A DNA stretch of 64,000 bases from Vitrella brassicaformis CCMP3155 (Eukaryota; Protista; Chromerida). Within the stretch, counting starts at the first letter, position 1, and every line of letters starts with the position of its first letter. Below are positions 10,519 to 23,300 of the stretch, in pieces. Position numbers and translations under genes: made by a program. The stretch is from contig CDMY01000319.1 in assembly GCA_001179505.1 (NCBI GenBank), forward strand, positions 59,143 through 123,142, written 5' to 3'. The notes beneath the pieces were generated by a model. The model did not search any database. It saw only the letters and a list, made by a program, of their open reading frames with translations, and was not told the DNA's origin.

Positions 10519-12588
10519 CGTACGTTCCGACATTGCCTACATACCATAGCTACATCCTTCCTCCTTGTGCAGAAGGGCGGGCGGGGGGGCGGGGGGAATG
10601 AGATGGCCGACACCCACCCACTGACTCCATCAATCCAATCAATGGCTGTCTCGCTCCGTGGCGTGACACTGACTGACTACCTCGTTCGTGTGCTCGTGTA
10701 CATCCATCTATCCATCCATCCATGTGTGTGTGTGAGGCGTGCAGTGCGTGTGGTGTGCGTGCGCTGTGTGTGTTGACTATAGTGCCTGCCTATCTAACCA
10801 ACGAATTGACTACCACCCACTCACTCACTCTCTCACTGAGGTCTCATTCATTGCGTTGCCAGTGGTAATGTGCAGCCAGCCAGCCATCCAGTGTGCATAT
10901 CACATCACATCCATCCCTGTCCATGTGCTGTGCAGTGGACGCATCGTAACCTTACCTGCCTAACTGCCTACCTGCCTGCCTGGCTGGCTTCATGTAAGTG
11001 TCTGTGTGTCTGTCTGTCTGTGTGTGTGTGTGTGTCGTGCTGTTCATCCATCGCACGGACGTTTTCCGCTGCTCGCGCGAAGAGGGCCCCTTCCCAAATT
11101 ACCGGGCAGCCCCGGGTTTGCGAGCGCGTCCGCCTTTTCGACTGTGTGCGTGCGTGTGCATGTGTGGCGGCAATATCAAGCATAGGCCTGTCTGTGTGTC
11201 TGTCTGTCTGTCTGTCTGTGTAGGTTGGTGGTACCCTAATGCGTGCGTGTCGGAGTGAGCGGAGTGGCTGACGGCTGCGTGTGGACGGGACGTACAGACA
11301 TACATACACACAGTTACCTCCCCTCCCTCCTATCTGTCTGTATTTGTCTGTCTCTGTATCTGACTGTCTGGGGGGGTGGGTGACGGCGCGGTGTGACGGC
11401 ACGGCTGGGTGTCGGTTTTCGCCACAATGATAGCCTATCGTCTCTTCTCCCCCTCACCACGTTCTCCTATTCCGTGTGTGAGTGCGCTGCGTGTCTTTCT
11501 GGCGGCTGACTTGCCACCTGGGTACGTCTCTGTTCTGTGGAGGCCCGTGTCCGGTGATTCCACAGAGACGTGCCAGGGAGGAGTACAGGCGGCCAGAGGG
11601 GCACACAGCGCACAGCACACCAACCAATGAATGCAATGCACAACCAGTCCATTCCCTGTCGGTCGAAAGTGGGGCGTCTGGCTGGGTTTCCTGGTTTGAT
11701 TCGATCGTGTGCTTGGTGTGAGGGTGTGCGACGGCTGTGAGACATGCTCGATGGATCAGCGAGCATATTCTATGGTCGTTCATACATACCCACACACAGG
11801 CGGTCGCGACTATACAAGCGAGAGGGCAGAACAGCAGCGCAGGAGTGCGTGAATGTGTCGGCCTGTCTGTCTGTCTGTCTGTGTGTCTGTGTGAGTGGCC
11901 TTCCCGTCGTCAGTTCCGCTTTGGTGGACGTGAGGGGCGGCTGGACAGCCCTCTCCCAGCGATACCCCACTTCGCTGGGAGCGTGTACTCCAGCAGGCCC
12001 TGACGGCCTCAGGGAGCAGAACTGAGACAGACGGAAGGAAGGCAAGCTGAGGAGGTAGTCAGAACACTTGTGAGCGATATGCATGAGGCCTACACACTGA
12101 CTGACATGGATGCATGGGATGCATGCGCATGTGGCGGACTTGAGCGTAGAGACGAATGAATGGACATACATACACATGCACACACGCTCGTATCAATCGT
12201 AACCATCAGGTCGGTCTGCTGTCGTGAGTGTCGGAAATGCCGTTGACTTGACTTGACGATGATGCGTGCTTCCACACGCACAGCACACTCATTCACGGAC
12301 GGGTCCACTCACTCTCTCACTCCTTCAATCGCGCACACCACACATGCATCCATTTCACTCGTTTCATCGTCCGTCCGTCCCTGTAGAGAGAGAGGCTCAG
12401 CACCGTTACTGTTACCTGTACACCACACCACACCACACCAAGCCAGCCCAACGCACGAGACGAGCCACCAGCCATACAGACAGCAGCCACGCCATGGCAC
12501 GCCAACTCAACTCCGACATGAAACGAGTGCTTAAAGAGCGCCATACGGACAGACGGACCCACAGACATGCACACACTGACTGGTTCAT

Positions 12589-13457
<869 letters not shown>

Positions 13458-13906
13458 TCAGGAAAGCGATGGGGGGCGCGAGACAATGACACACGAGAGG
13501 CCGGACTTCTGAGGGCAGGAAATGCACACAAACGCTGCCGCTGCGCTCAACGCTCGCGATGAACCTCTGCAGACACAAGGAAATGCTGCCTTTCCTTCCC
13601 TGCGTCGCGAGCCGGAGCTCGCAAATCTGAAACCGCTGCTGCTGGAGGCGGGCGCTGAGGATGGTGCTGGCATGTTTGTCGCGTGATTGAGTGTTTGTCG
13701 ATTGAAAACACAGCTCATTTCATGAGACCGGCGGACTCTGCCGTGTGCTATGACTCAATGTATTTCCACCAAGGTGCTGATTCATCTCAGGTAAGACAAA
13801 CGCACAAGGGACTGACGGAAGGCGAGATAGATGGGCGGTTCATGCTTCATGCCCTTCCTGTCTGTGTGTGGTTGTGGTGCAGACAGCGCCTTGACGCCCT
13901 GCCCTG

Positions 13907-15829
13907 ATGGCCGAGAGCTCGTCATCTTCAGCGGGCCCGGCTCTGCCGCGTCACTGGGAGAGCATTGAGGCTGTGAACGCCGTCTTCCGCCATGGCACCA
14001 TTGAGGCTACGAAGCGCCTGTGCGTTGGCATCTTTCTTCGTGCCTTCACTGACGCACGGCAGGTGGCCGACCTCATTCGAGTTGATGGGGCGGGTCCCAC
14101 TGTGATGCCAGCGCTGCGGCTGCGTGGGTACCCGGCCGGCTCTGAGGAATTCCCATGCCTGGCGCTTGCCATTGACAATCTGACCGACTACGGCATCCCA
14201 TCCATCTGGGCATCAGACAGCCGTGGTCCGCATCCAGTCGCGTTGCCCAAGTGGCGGACACCCGAGCTGCAGGATGACATCATCTGCGCGCTGCTCGAGG
14301 GAGGTGCAGACATCAACGGGGAAGCCGCTGATGATCTGAACGGGCGGCGGCCCATTCGAGTGGCCATCGCGTCGTGCAATGAGAGGGCCTTCCGCCTCTT
14401 GATTGAGCGGGGCGTGCAGCTGAGGGGCCGGATGGTCATGCGGCTGCCACGGCTGGATAGCAAAGACTCGCCGACGAAGGAGCACGAGGCCACACTGATG
14501 TCCTTCTACCGACAGCTCATCCAGAGAGACCCCACCCTCGCGACCGATCGGGTGGTGTCAGGCGACACCCCTTCCGTCTTCTCGCAGGAGTTCTTCGACA
14601 GCCACATGGACCTGATTGTGAGCAACGGTGCGGACGTCATGAGAGCGGGTGTCTCGTCGACGCCATTGCTCAATGCACCACTCTTGGGGTGCAACCGTGC
14701 AGCTGCCGCTCTGTGCCGCCATCTCACGGCTGCCCAAGTTAACAGAGGGGGGCCACACAGCCCGAACCGCACGCCTCTGATGGTTGCTGCTGAGCAGCTG
14801 GATCGCGGCGCTGTGCTGGTGGAGGGCGGTCTCGCGGATGAAGACGAGACGGCCCGGTGGAGGGTCGGAAGGATTCAGCATGACATTCTCACCATCAATG
14901 TGCTGCTGAGAGCGGGGGCAGACATCACCCGGCTGCCCACGGCAACCCAACAGGACCGCCGCCGTCACCAACGGGTGTTGGCGGAGTACAAGAAGGTGCT
15001 CAACGAGCTGGGCGATGTGGTCGTGGCGGCCATCAACGCCGCCCTCGCCCCCCAGCGCGACCACTCGATGACGCTCGCCCGTCTGCTACCCCTGGCGCCC
15101 CATCATGACGGCGCCCGTCCCCACCCAACCCCCTCCAACCTCTCATTCGGCCCACACGAGGCAGAAGGCATTGGCTGGAAGATTGGGGCGTTCCTGCACG
15201 AGCCCTCCGCTGCTGTGGCGACCATCGATGAATACCTGATGGGCGAGTCCCTGCTGAGGCGCCGCGTCCATGCGGCTGTGCTGCATTCCGTCAGCCAGGG
15301 CGCCACACGGACGAGCAGCAACCGGAAGGTGGTCGGGGGGACGCAGTATGTGCAGCAGGAGGGAGGGGCGAAGCGCACCAAGGTGACGGTGCCGCCCCTG
15401 CAGTGCTTCGCCGCCAATGGGGGGCAGCAGGGCGGCGGGCAGCATCGGCTGCTGGGTGTGCGTGAGGTGGTGCATCGGGCCCGGCTGGACGAGGCGACGC
15501 AGCACGGACTGCAGGGGGTGGAGAAGGGCTTCAACGCCGACCTCGGCAATAGCGACTGCCAGTTCCAGTGGCAGCAGCTGGGATATGTCGACAGCAATGG
15601 GGAGTTCATCTCTCTCGCTGCAGCATTCCAGACGCCACCCGCAGCAGCGCCAGCCGCCAGCGACCATGGTGATGGGGAGGATGGGGAGGGTGAGGCGTCG
15701 GACAGCAGTGGGGACGACTTAGACGATGACGAGGGCGATGAGTTTGACGATGGTGAGGGGTGGGAGGAGAGTAATTGGGATGACTTTGATGAGGAGTTCA
15801 GTGATGACTATGACGAAATGGACGATTAG
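13907..15829 (+). CDS. Intronless 640-aa ankyrin-repeat-like protein with an acidic C-terminal tail
   Basis: Single ORF with ankyrin-like segments (ALLEGGADING...RPIRVAIASCNERAFRLLIERGVQL; LIVSNGADV...STPLLNA; NRTPLMVAAE; INVLLRAGADI) and a D/E-rich tail. A probable 5'UTR intron lies at ~13791-13880. Confidence 0.75.
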   Translation: MAESSSSSAGPALPRHWESIEAVNAVFRHGTIEATKRLCVGIFLRAFTDARQVADLIRVDGAGPTVMPALRLRGYPAGSEEFPCLALAIDNLTDYGIPSIWASDSRGPHPVALPKWRTPELQDDIICALLEGGADINGEAADDLNGRRPIRVAIASCNERAFRLLIERGVQLRGRMVMRLPRLDSKDSPTKEHEATLMSFYRQLIQRDPTLATDRVVSGDTPSVFSQEFFDSHMDLIVSNGADVMRAGVSSTPLLNAPLLGCNRAAAALCRHLTAAQVNRGGPHSPNRTPLMVAAEQLDRGAVLVEGGLADEDETARWRVGRIQHDILTINVLLRAGADITRLPTATQQDRRRHQRVLAEYKKVLNELGDVVVAAINAALAPQRDHSMTLARLLPLAPHHDGARPHPTPSNLSFGPHEAEGIGWKIGAFLHEPSAAVATIDEYLMGESLLRRRVHAAVLHSVSQGATRTSSNRKVVGGTQYVQQEGGAKRTKVTVPPLQCFAANGGQQGGGQHRLLGVREVVHRARLDEATQHGLQGVEKGFNADLGNSDCQFQWQQLGYVDSNGEFISLAAAFQTPPAAAPAASDHGDGEDGEGEASDSSGDDLDDDEGDEFDDGEGWEESNWDDFDEEFSDDYDEMDD

Positions 15830-16052
15830 GGGCGGGTCAGTGAGCGGGCTGCCTGCTCGTGTTTCGTGCATGCTTCAGTGCATTTAATCGTGGCAATTTT
15901 ATTCCACGCGGACTTGTCGGCTGTGAATGGCTTGTTTGTTGCCTTTGTATCACATCCTGTGGGGCGGGAACGCCTCGGAGCCTTGATTACGCGAGTCTGA
16001 AATAATAATATATCACGCGTCCCATTATTCTCGCGACGAGCTCTCGTTCGAA

Positions 16053-19000
16053 ATGGAAACACGCGCATCGCCGGCAGCAAGGACATGTTCGCGCCAAGCG
16101 GCGGTCTCCCAGTCCGCCGCCGAGCCGCCTTCAGCCCCTCCGTGCCCGCCTTCTCCTGACGTCAGTCCACATCGCCGCGGCAGCTGTCCGCCTTACCCCT
16201 CTCCCTCTCCCTCTCCCTCTCCCCCTACAACGCCCCCCTCTCCCTCACGCAGACGGCAGCCGCCTGCGAGCGACGCTATTCTGCTGTGGCTGCTGGCCTT
16301 GATGGGCGTGTGCGGCGTGATAGGCAGGCCCAAGACGGCGTGGACGGACAGCAGGAGGGTGATATATCACGTGCTGACGGACCGGTTTGCGGCGGAGGAG
16401 GACGTGTGTGACATGGGCGACTGCCGGTACGGGAGCTACTGCGGCGGGAGCTGGCGGGCCATGGCGGACAAGCTGGACTACCTCGAGGGGCTCAATGTCA
16501 ACGCCATTTGGATCTCACCTGTCACAGAAAACACAGAGTGTGGCTACCATGGTACCTACCTACGCACGCACACACACGCCCCGCACACCGATGCACACAC
16601 ACGGGTCTGCCTGTGTGGTGTGTGTCTGTGGTTTTCAAGGGTATTGGACAAAGAATTGGTCAGCTTTGAACGGGCATTTCGGCGGTGAGGCCGACCTGAT
16701 GGCCCTCACAAGAGCGGCGCACAAGCGCGACATATGGGTGATGGTCGACGTCGTCACCAACCATGTCGGACCAGTCGGCACCCACTACGAGGGTCAGCGC
16801 TTTAACAGACGGCCTTCCTCCTCGCTGCAATATATTGTCGTGGTGGGCCATCCTCTCTCTTTGTGTGTGTGGCAGGTCTGTCGCCGTTCAACAGCAGCAG
16901 TCACTTCCACCCTCCGTGTCCGATAGACTACGACGAGCAGGAGAGCATCGAGCGGTGCTGGCTCATCGACCTGCCTGACCTCAACCACGAGAACCCATTC
17001 GTCAGGTGAGGCGCGGCGCGTGGCACTCCCCTCCCCTCCCCTCCCCTGGCCTCACTGATGGGTGTGTGCATCTTCTTCTCCCGCCTATACTACAGGGAGT
17101 ATCTGATCGACTGGGCTCACCGTCTGGTCGACAAATACTCGTTCGATGGGCTCCGCATCGACACCACCCCTTACGTCCCCAAGACCTTCTGGGTCGACTT
17201 CAGGTCCGCATCAATCAATGAGCCGCAAGCGCCTTGTGTGTGGGTGTGGGTGTGGGTGTGCACTTCAGGCAGTCGTTTGTCAACACCACCTTCACGTTGG
17301 CGGAGGTGCTGCTGTTCGGGCGGACGACAGAGTACTTCTCGTCCTACCAATACGACCACAGTTATGGCAGCCTGCTGGACGGGGTCCTCAACTACCCCCT
17401 CTTCTGGGCGCTGAGGGCGGCTTTCGCCTCGAGACAGTCGATGTGGAACATCGCCAACGCCATGACGGAGACCAAACGACACTACCGGTAGGTATAATCA
17501 CACACGCGCATTCGTATATATGGCGGCACACCCACCGCCACCGCATCTGGTCTGCTCATTTCATTTCGTGCCCCCAGTGATCTGACGTCTCTGGGTATAT
17601 TCCTGGACAACCACGATAAGACCCGTTTTGCCCACCTGCAGAGCGACATGGCCCTCTACAGGAACGCCCTAACATTCGTCCTCACCAGCGAGGCCATTCC
17701 CGTCATCTACTATGGCAGCGAACAGGCTTTTGCGACCGGTTGGTTCCCGCGCACCGCACGCACCACAATATATATTCCCAGACAGAGAGAGAGATGAGAT
17801 GTGTGTGTCGACATTTATCTGTGCAGGTGGGAGTGACAACGCCAATCGTGCGCCGCTGTGGCACAGCGGCTACAACACGACGCACCCCATCTACCAGTTC
17901 ATATCGCACCTCAACGGGCGGCGCATCCGGGGAGACTTCGACGGACCCCAGAGGGAGATCTGGGTGAGCACACAACACACGCATATATCTAATACACCAC
18001 ATCCATCGTGTGCGGTGGGCATCCCTGTGTGCGTGGCGTGTCGTGGTGTGGTGTGTGCGTCAGGTGAGTGACAGCACGTACGCCTTCACACGTGGGTCGC
18101 GGATACTGGTCATCACGACCAATGTGGGTGGGGGCAACAGCGCCTCAATCGACATACCTCTCTACAAACTGCCTCCAGACTTCCAGCCTGGCCTCAAGGT
18201 GACCTGACCCCAAACGCGCCGCACGCACACAATAAATACGCACGTGTGTGTGCAATGTGCGCGTCTGTGTGTCTGTCGCAGGTGTGCTCGATAATTGACA
18301 TCCCCAGGACGGGGGACAAGGCCACCGTGTCATCGGTCGTTACGGAGACGGCGGCTTTAGACAAGGCCAACACAGAGGGAGCCGACTACCAACAAGGAGG
18401 CACTTGGTGAGTGACCACCTACAGCACACCCCGCACACACTCTCAATGCACACAGGACTGACTCTCTCGAGGACCGTATGGCCGAGCATCAGCGTGAGGC
18501 TGCTGCGTCGAATGGGAGCAGCTGGTTCCTCGACAACACCCTCAGCCGCCTCCCCACCGCAGAGATGTGCGCCCTCACCGGAGACGACCGGCGCGACTGC
18601 GGCACCTTCGGCACCAACAGACGCGAATGCGAAGCCAACGGGTTCGTACACACAGAGCGTCATAGCGCATCCATCAACACACACACGTGTGGGTGTGGGT
18701 GTGTGTGGGGTGTGTGGATGGCAGGTGCTGCTGGATGCCCACGCACGAGGGCTCAGCCAGCCCCTGGTGCTTTTTCCCCAGCTCAGAGATGCCGAGCATA
18801 CAGAGGGGCAGGCAGCTGAACCAGCATGAAGGCGAGCCGGCGGCCGCCCAGGCCCAGACGAATCTGGTGCGGGGGCTGCCTGAGCCGGTCATCCCCTTCC
18901 CCCCGGCACGGTGCGGCAGTGAACACGTGACCGAGAAGGTGCCCTGTGGCAAGCCTGATGGGAGCACGGCCGATTGCAGGGTGGGTGGGTGACTGTCGGG

Positions 19001-19849
19001 TGTTGGGTGCTGGGTGGCTGCACAGACAGACAGACAGACAGACAGGGGAGCAGAGAGAGAGAGAGAGACGTCGCTCTCTGTGGTGTGTTCGTTCAGGATG
19101 CGGGTTGTTGCTACGTGCCGACAGCAGAGAGTGGCGATCCCTGGTGCTACTATGCGGTGGCTGTGCCGGGCGGCGACGCCAGCATGTGCGACGTCTCTGG
19201 CGAGAGCAGGAGGCCCTGTGGCGACATGCACCTGGCCACCGCTGCACAATGCGCCGTACGTCTGCCACACACAGGGAGAGGGAGGGAGAGAGAGTGCCTT
19301 GCGTCTGTGTGTGTGTGTGTTTGCAGGCCCAGGGCTGTTGCTTCCGGCCCACTGCGACGAAGGGCGTGCCGTGGTGCTTCCGCCCCACCTACATGGCGGG
19401 TGACGACTTCTGGCCGCGCACACAAAGCGAGTGTGCCGCCCCGGAGGACATCAGGCACCCCTGTGGCGCACCCGACGCGACCCGAGAAGAATGCATCGTA
19501 CGCACACACGAGAAAGAGAAATATATGCTGTGTGGGTGGATCTGTGGATACAATATTTACAATACAGGCGCACGGCTGCTGCTACAGCAAGACCAGCCGT
19601 TCATTCCTCAAGAGCTGCTTCCAGCCGTTCGGCCCGCCTCGGCACAGCGACACGGCCGTCGATGAGCTCGAGGACAGCCGGCCGCTGCCCGGGCGGCTGT
19701 ACCAGGCCCCGCTGGCTGATGCCGAGGGGCCGCAGTGCTTCGTGGTGGGCGACGAGGGGCTGGGTGTGGTGATACCTGATGGGGAGCCCATGGTGCTGCG
19801 GCTGCAGGTGGACATGGATCATGGTGGTGGACAGGCGTCTAGTACTTAG
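16053..19849 (+). CDS. GH13 (Taka-amylase-like) alpha-amylase fused to four C-terminal trefoil/P-type domains
   Basis: Continuous spliced frame with IYHVLTDRF, YCGGSWRAMADKLDYLEGLNVNAIWISP, GYHGYW, DVVTNH (region I), GLRIDT (nucleophile D), AEV (acid/base E), FLDNHD (region IV D) and IPVIYYGSEQ, followed by four C-x9/10-CG-x7/8-C-x3-GCC-x11/12-C units. A hydrophobic segment (AILLWLLALMGVCGVIG) follows a Pro-rich N-terminus. Confidence 0.92.
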
Positions 19850-20393
19850 TAGGGCATGTGTGTGTGTGTGTGTGTGTGTGTGGTGATCGCACGCTCTTAT
19901 GTTGATTGGTGTCAGTGAGTGGGTGGCGCGCAGGCAGGCAGGCAGGCCGTGTGTCGTGCTATATTAGTGTTGGTGAAGATGCTCTCTGACTGACACATGG
20001 ATGGATGTGGCAGGCGTGCGTGCGTGCGACTTTGTTTGTGTGGACGGAAGTGTACCCGTCCACCGTGAGAGCCTTGATTGTTTGCTGTGCACTGCAGCAT
20101 GGCGACATCCATCCATCCATCGACTCGTTCGATCATTTCAGGGTCGATAAGAGTCACACACACACACACACAAAACGAGCGGCATGGCAATGGCAAGGGT
20201 CAATAAGATAAAGGGTCGGTCACACACAGGCACTCACAAACACACGTACTTCTTGACAAACACGTTGCAACCCTTTACAACTCTGTCTGTCTCTCCAGCC
20301 GACCCTCCCTCAACTCAATGCACTCACTCATGCCTCCTTGCCATGCGAGGATGCCCCCACCCCCCACACACACATGTCGCGTCTGTCTATCTA

Positions 20394-23300
20394 TCACCTG
20401 CCCCTCCTGGTAACCCCACCACCCCCACTACTCCCACCAGCCCTTGGCACTGCCCCCCTCCCGCCCCTCCCAGCCCCACCCCTCAACACAACCGATGACG
20501 ACGATGCCGCCGACTGCTCACTCTCACGCCTTGTCCTCCTCTGTGTGTGTGGGGCAGCCGTGGCGGCTGCTGCTGCTGCTGCTCCTGCTGCTGCAGCAGC
20601 ATTGCCTCTGCCGGCCGCCCCGCCACCCCTCCGCCTCTCTCTCGGCGGCCGAGAGAGAGGGGGAGCCTTCCTGCTGGGCGATTGGGATGGCGAAGGTGGG
20701 TCTGCTAGTGAGATGACCTCTTGCTCCGCGTCCTCTCCCTCTCTCCCTCCCTCTCCCTCTTGCTGGTGGGGGACGGGGGGCGGCGATGGCGAGGGCATGT
20801 GGTCGTCCTCAGCCTGGAGCTGGAGAGAGGGGGAGGAAGAGGGAGCGGGCTGCCCACCACCACCACGGTCGACGGATGCGCGCCCACTGGGTGCACTGCC
20901 GGCTCTGCCACAGGCCGGGGTTTCTTTCTCTCGCCTGGTGAGTGAGGCAGACGTCCTCCTGGCCGATGATGCTGATGCTGTCGATGTCCTTCTGTCTGCT
21001 TCGCGCGACTCTCTCTCTGACGTGTGCTTGCGGTCTGGAGGAGAGGGGTGCTGTGGAGGTTTGCGTGGCGGGGGGGAGGGGATGGGGGCGTTGTGCGAGG
21101 GAACTACAGAGACACACACACAGGCAGGGAAGGAGGGAGACACACGGATGGATGGATGGATGGATGGCGTGTTTGTGCGTTGCGTGCATGCGTACCTTTT
21201 GCGGCTATGTGTTTGAGGTCGAGTCTGGGAGAGGGGAGGATGTCCCGTGCGTCGCGCTGCTCGTACTTGCGGACAGTCGCACACAACTCCTCGTGAGCTA
21301 AAGAGAGAGAAACATGACACACACTCAGAGGGACAGACACCGATATATGTGACCACGTGATGTGACGTGCTGGGCAGGCACATGACATGTACATACCCGC
21401 GATGACTTGTGGGGCGAATTGCCTCTTGCAGTAGGGGCACGTCTCGTAGGTGTCGTACAGACGGAGGGGGTCAATGGATCGGTCTTGCAAACCTGAATGA
21501 CACACAATGATTGACACACACAAATGAAATGTGCCTGCCTGCCTGCCTTTGTGCCATCACATCTTGCAACCAAACCACAGACGTGTGGTAGGTATGTGTC
21601 CATGGCATGGATGGCTACGTTACGATACGTACGTGGCGAGGGAAGTCGTGATGGCGGCCGTCTGAGTCTGTCCGGCGTGCCGGTGGGCAGGTTGTAGTGT
21701 GTTTTCTTGCTCTGCAGGTAGCGCTGCATCCTTGGGGGGCTGGGGCCGCGGTGGGGGTGGACACCGACACCCGACTCCTCCTTCTCCTGTGTGACGTGTC
21801 ACGTGACGTGCGTGACAGTGACAGTGACGCACACACACACACACACACACAAAGACAGACAGACAGACACACAGACATTCACATATATGTGTGTGGTGTG
21901 GTGTGGTGTGGTGTTTGTGTGGGTACGGTACGTGGTGTTTGCCGCAAATGGACTCATGCTTGGCAAGACGAGAAGACAGGAACCGACTGAGTTAACGAGC
22001 CCAGCCAACAGCAGGCAGGCATTCCACAAGGAGGCAGGCCGGCGTGTGTGTCATGTCTCTCTCTGATCTGTGTGAGGGTTTGCTTTAGTGCGGTCACCGT
22101 ACCGTCCGCAGTACATGCAGGGCACTCGCTGCTCGGCCTCCTGCGGCCCGCCTGACTCGTCGCGCCTGCAGCATAGCGTCCACGCCACGCACATCCGATG
22201 GATGTGCGCGTGTGTGTGCATTGATTGCTTTCTGCGTATTCATTGTGCGCGCCGCGCGTAGCGTAGCGTAGCGTACCACCACTCGTCCTGCGTGTGCGAC
22301 TTGACACCCACTGGCATGTTGTCTGCGCAGTGAATGCAATCGAAAATTGATAATTGCGGGCCGAGACACATGAATTGCACTCACTGCATCATTGTGCGAT
22401 GTGCGTGTACTTTACCGACCGAGGTCGATCAGCGGCCTGCTGGGGACAGACGGCACGGTGGACGGCCTGTCCTCCTCCTCACACACACCGCCCCCTACAG
22501 TCCACCCACACCCACACCCACACGCGCACCGCACACACACGCACATCAGAATGCGGAAGGACATTTGTTGTATCTATTTGCTCACTTGGCTCTTCCTCTG
22601 TCTGTGGAGGGGCCGCCTCCATTGCCGCCTGCTGCTGCTGCTGCTGCTGCTGCTGAGACAACAGAAGCGAAGAAGAGCCGCCACGAGCGGACTGCTGCAC
22701 GCAGCCCAGCCCGACGCACCGCATCCCATCCAGGCGTTGGTTCAGATATTCGACGCGTCCGTCTGTCATGTGTCCTCTCTCTGTGCTATGTGTGTTTGTC
22801 CACAGTGTGGCCTTTGGTGGTTTTGTGTGTGCTGTCTGTACTGACGTCTGAGTCGCGTTTGGACAGGGCTCTCTGTATCTGCTGCGACAGGACGATCGAC
22901 GGCCGGTGGGAGGCCAAAGGCGACTGACACATACAGGGAGAGATCATTCGTGTGTGTGTGCTGTGCATGGCTGTGTGCGGGGCGGTGCAGACCACACGCA
23001 CCTGACCACCATGGTTACTGACGGACAGCACACTCGACGAGAGCCCGCCACTCACGTAAGGATGCACTAACGGACGGGCTGCAATGATTGCATTGCAGTC
23101 AGTGCACCACACAATGAATGAATGCCACACAGTTTGCGTCTGCGGGTGTGCATCACGAATGTGACCACTCCCTCCCTCCCTCACCTGAGACAGCCGGTGG
23201 CGGTGCGATGATCTGCTGCAGAGACAAGGGCGGCACGGCCGAGGACAACGGCACCTAAACACACACACACACACACACACACAGACATACAAGTATCGAT

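Noticed and set aside
14558-15667. Antisense ORFs within the ankyrin-like gene
   Set aside because: Expected stop-poor reverse frames of a GC-rich CDS, with no independent support.
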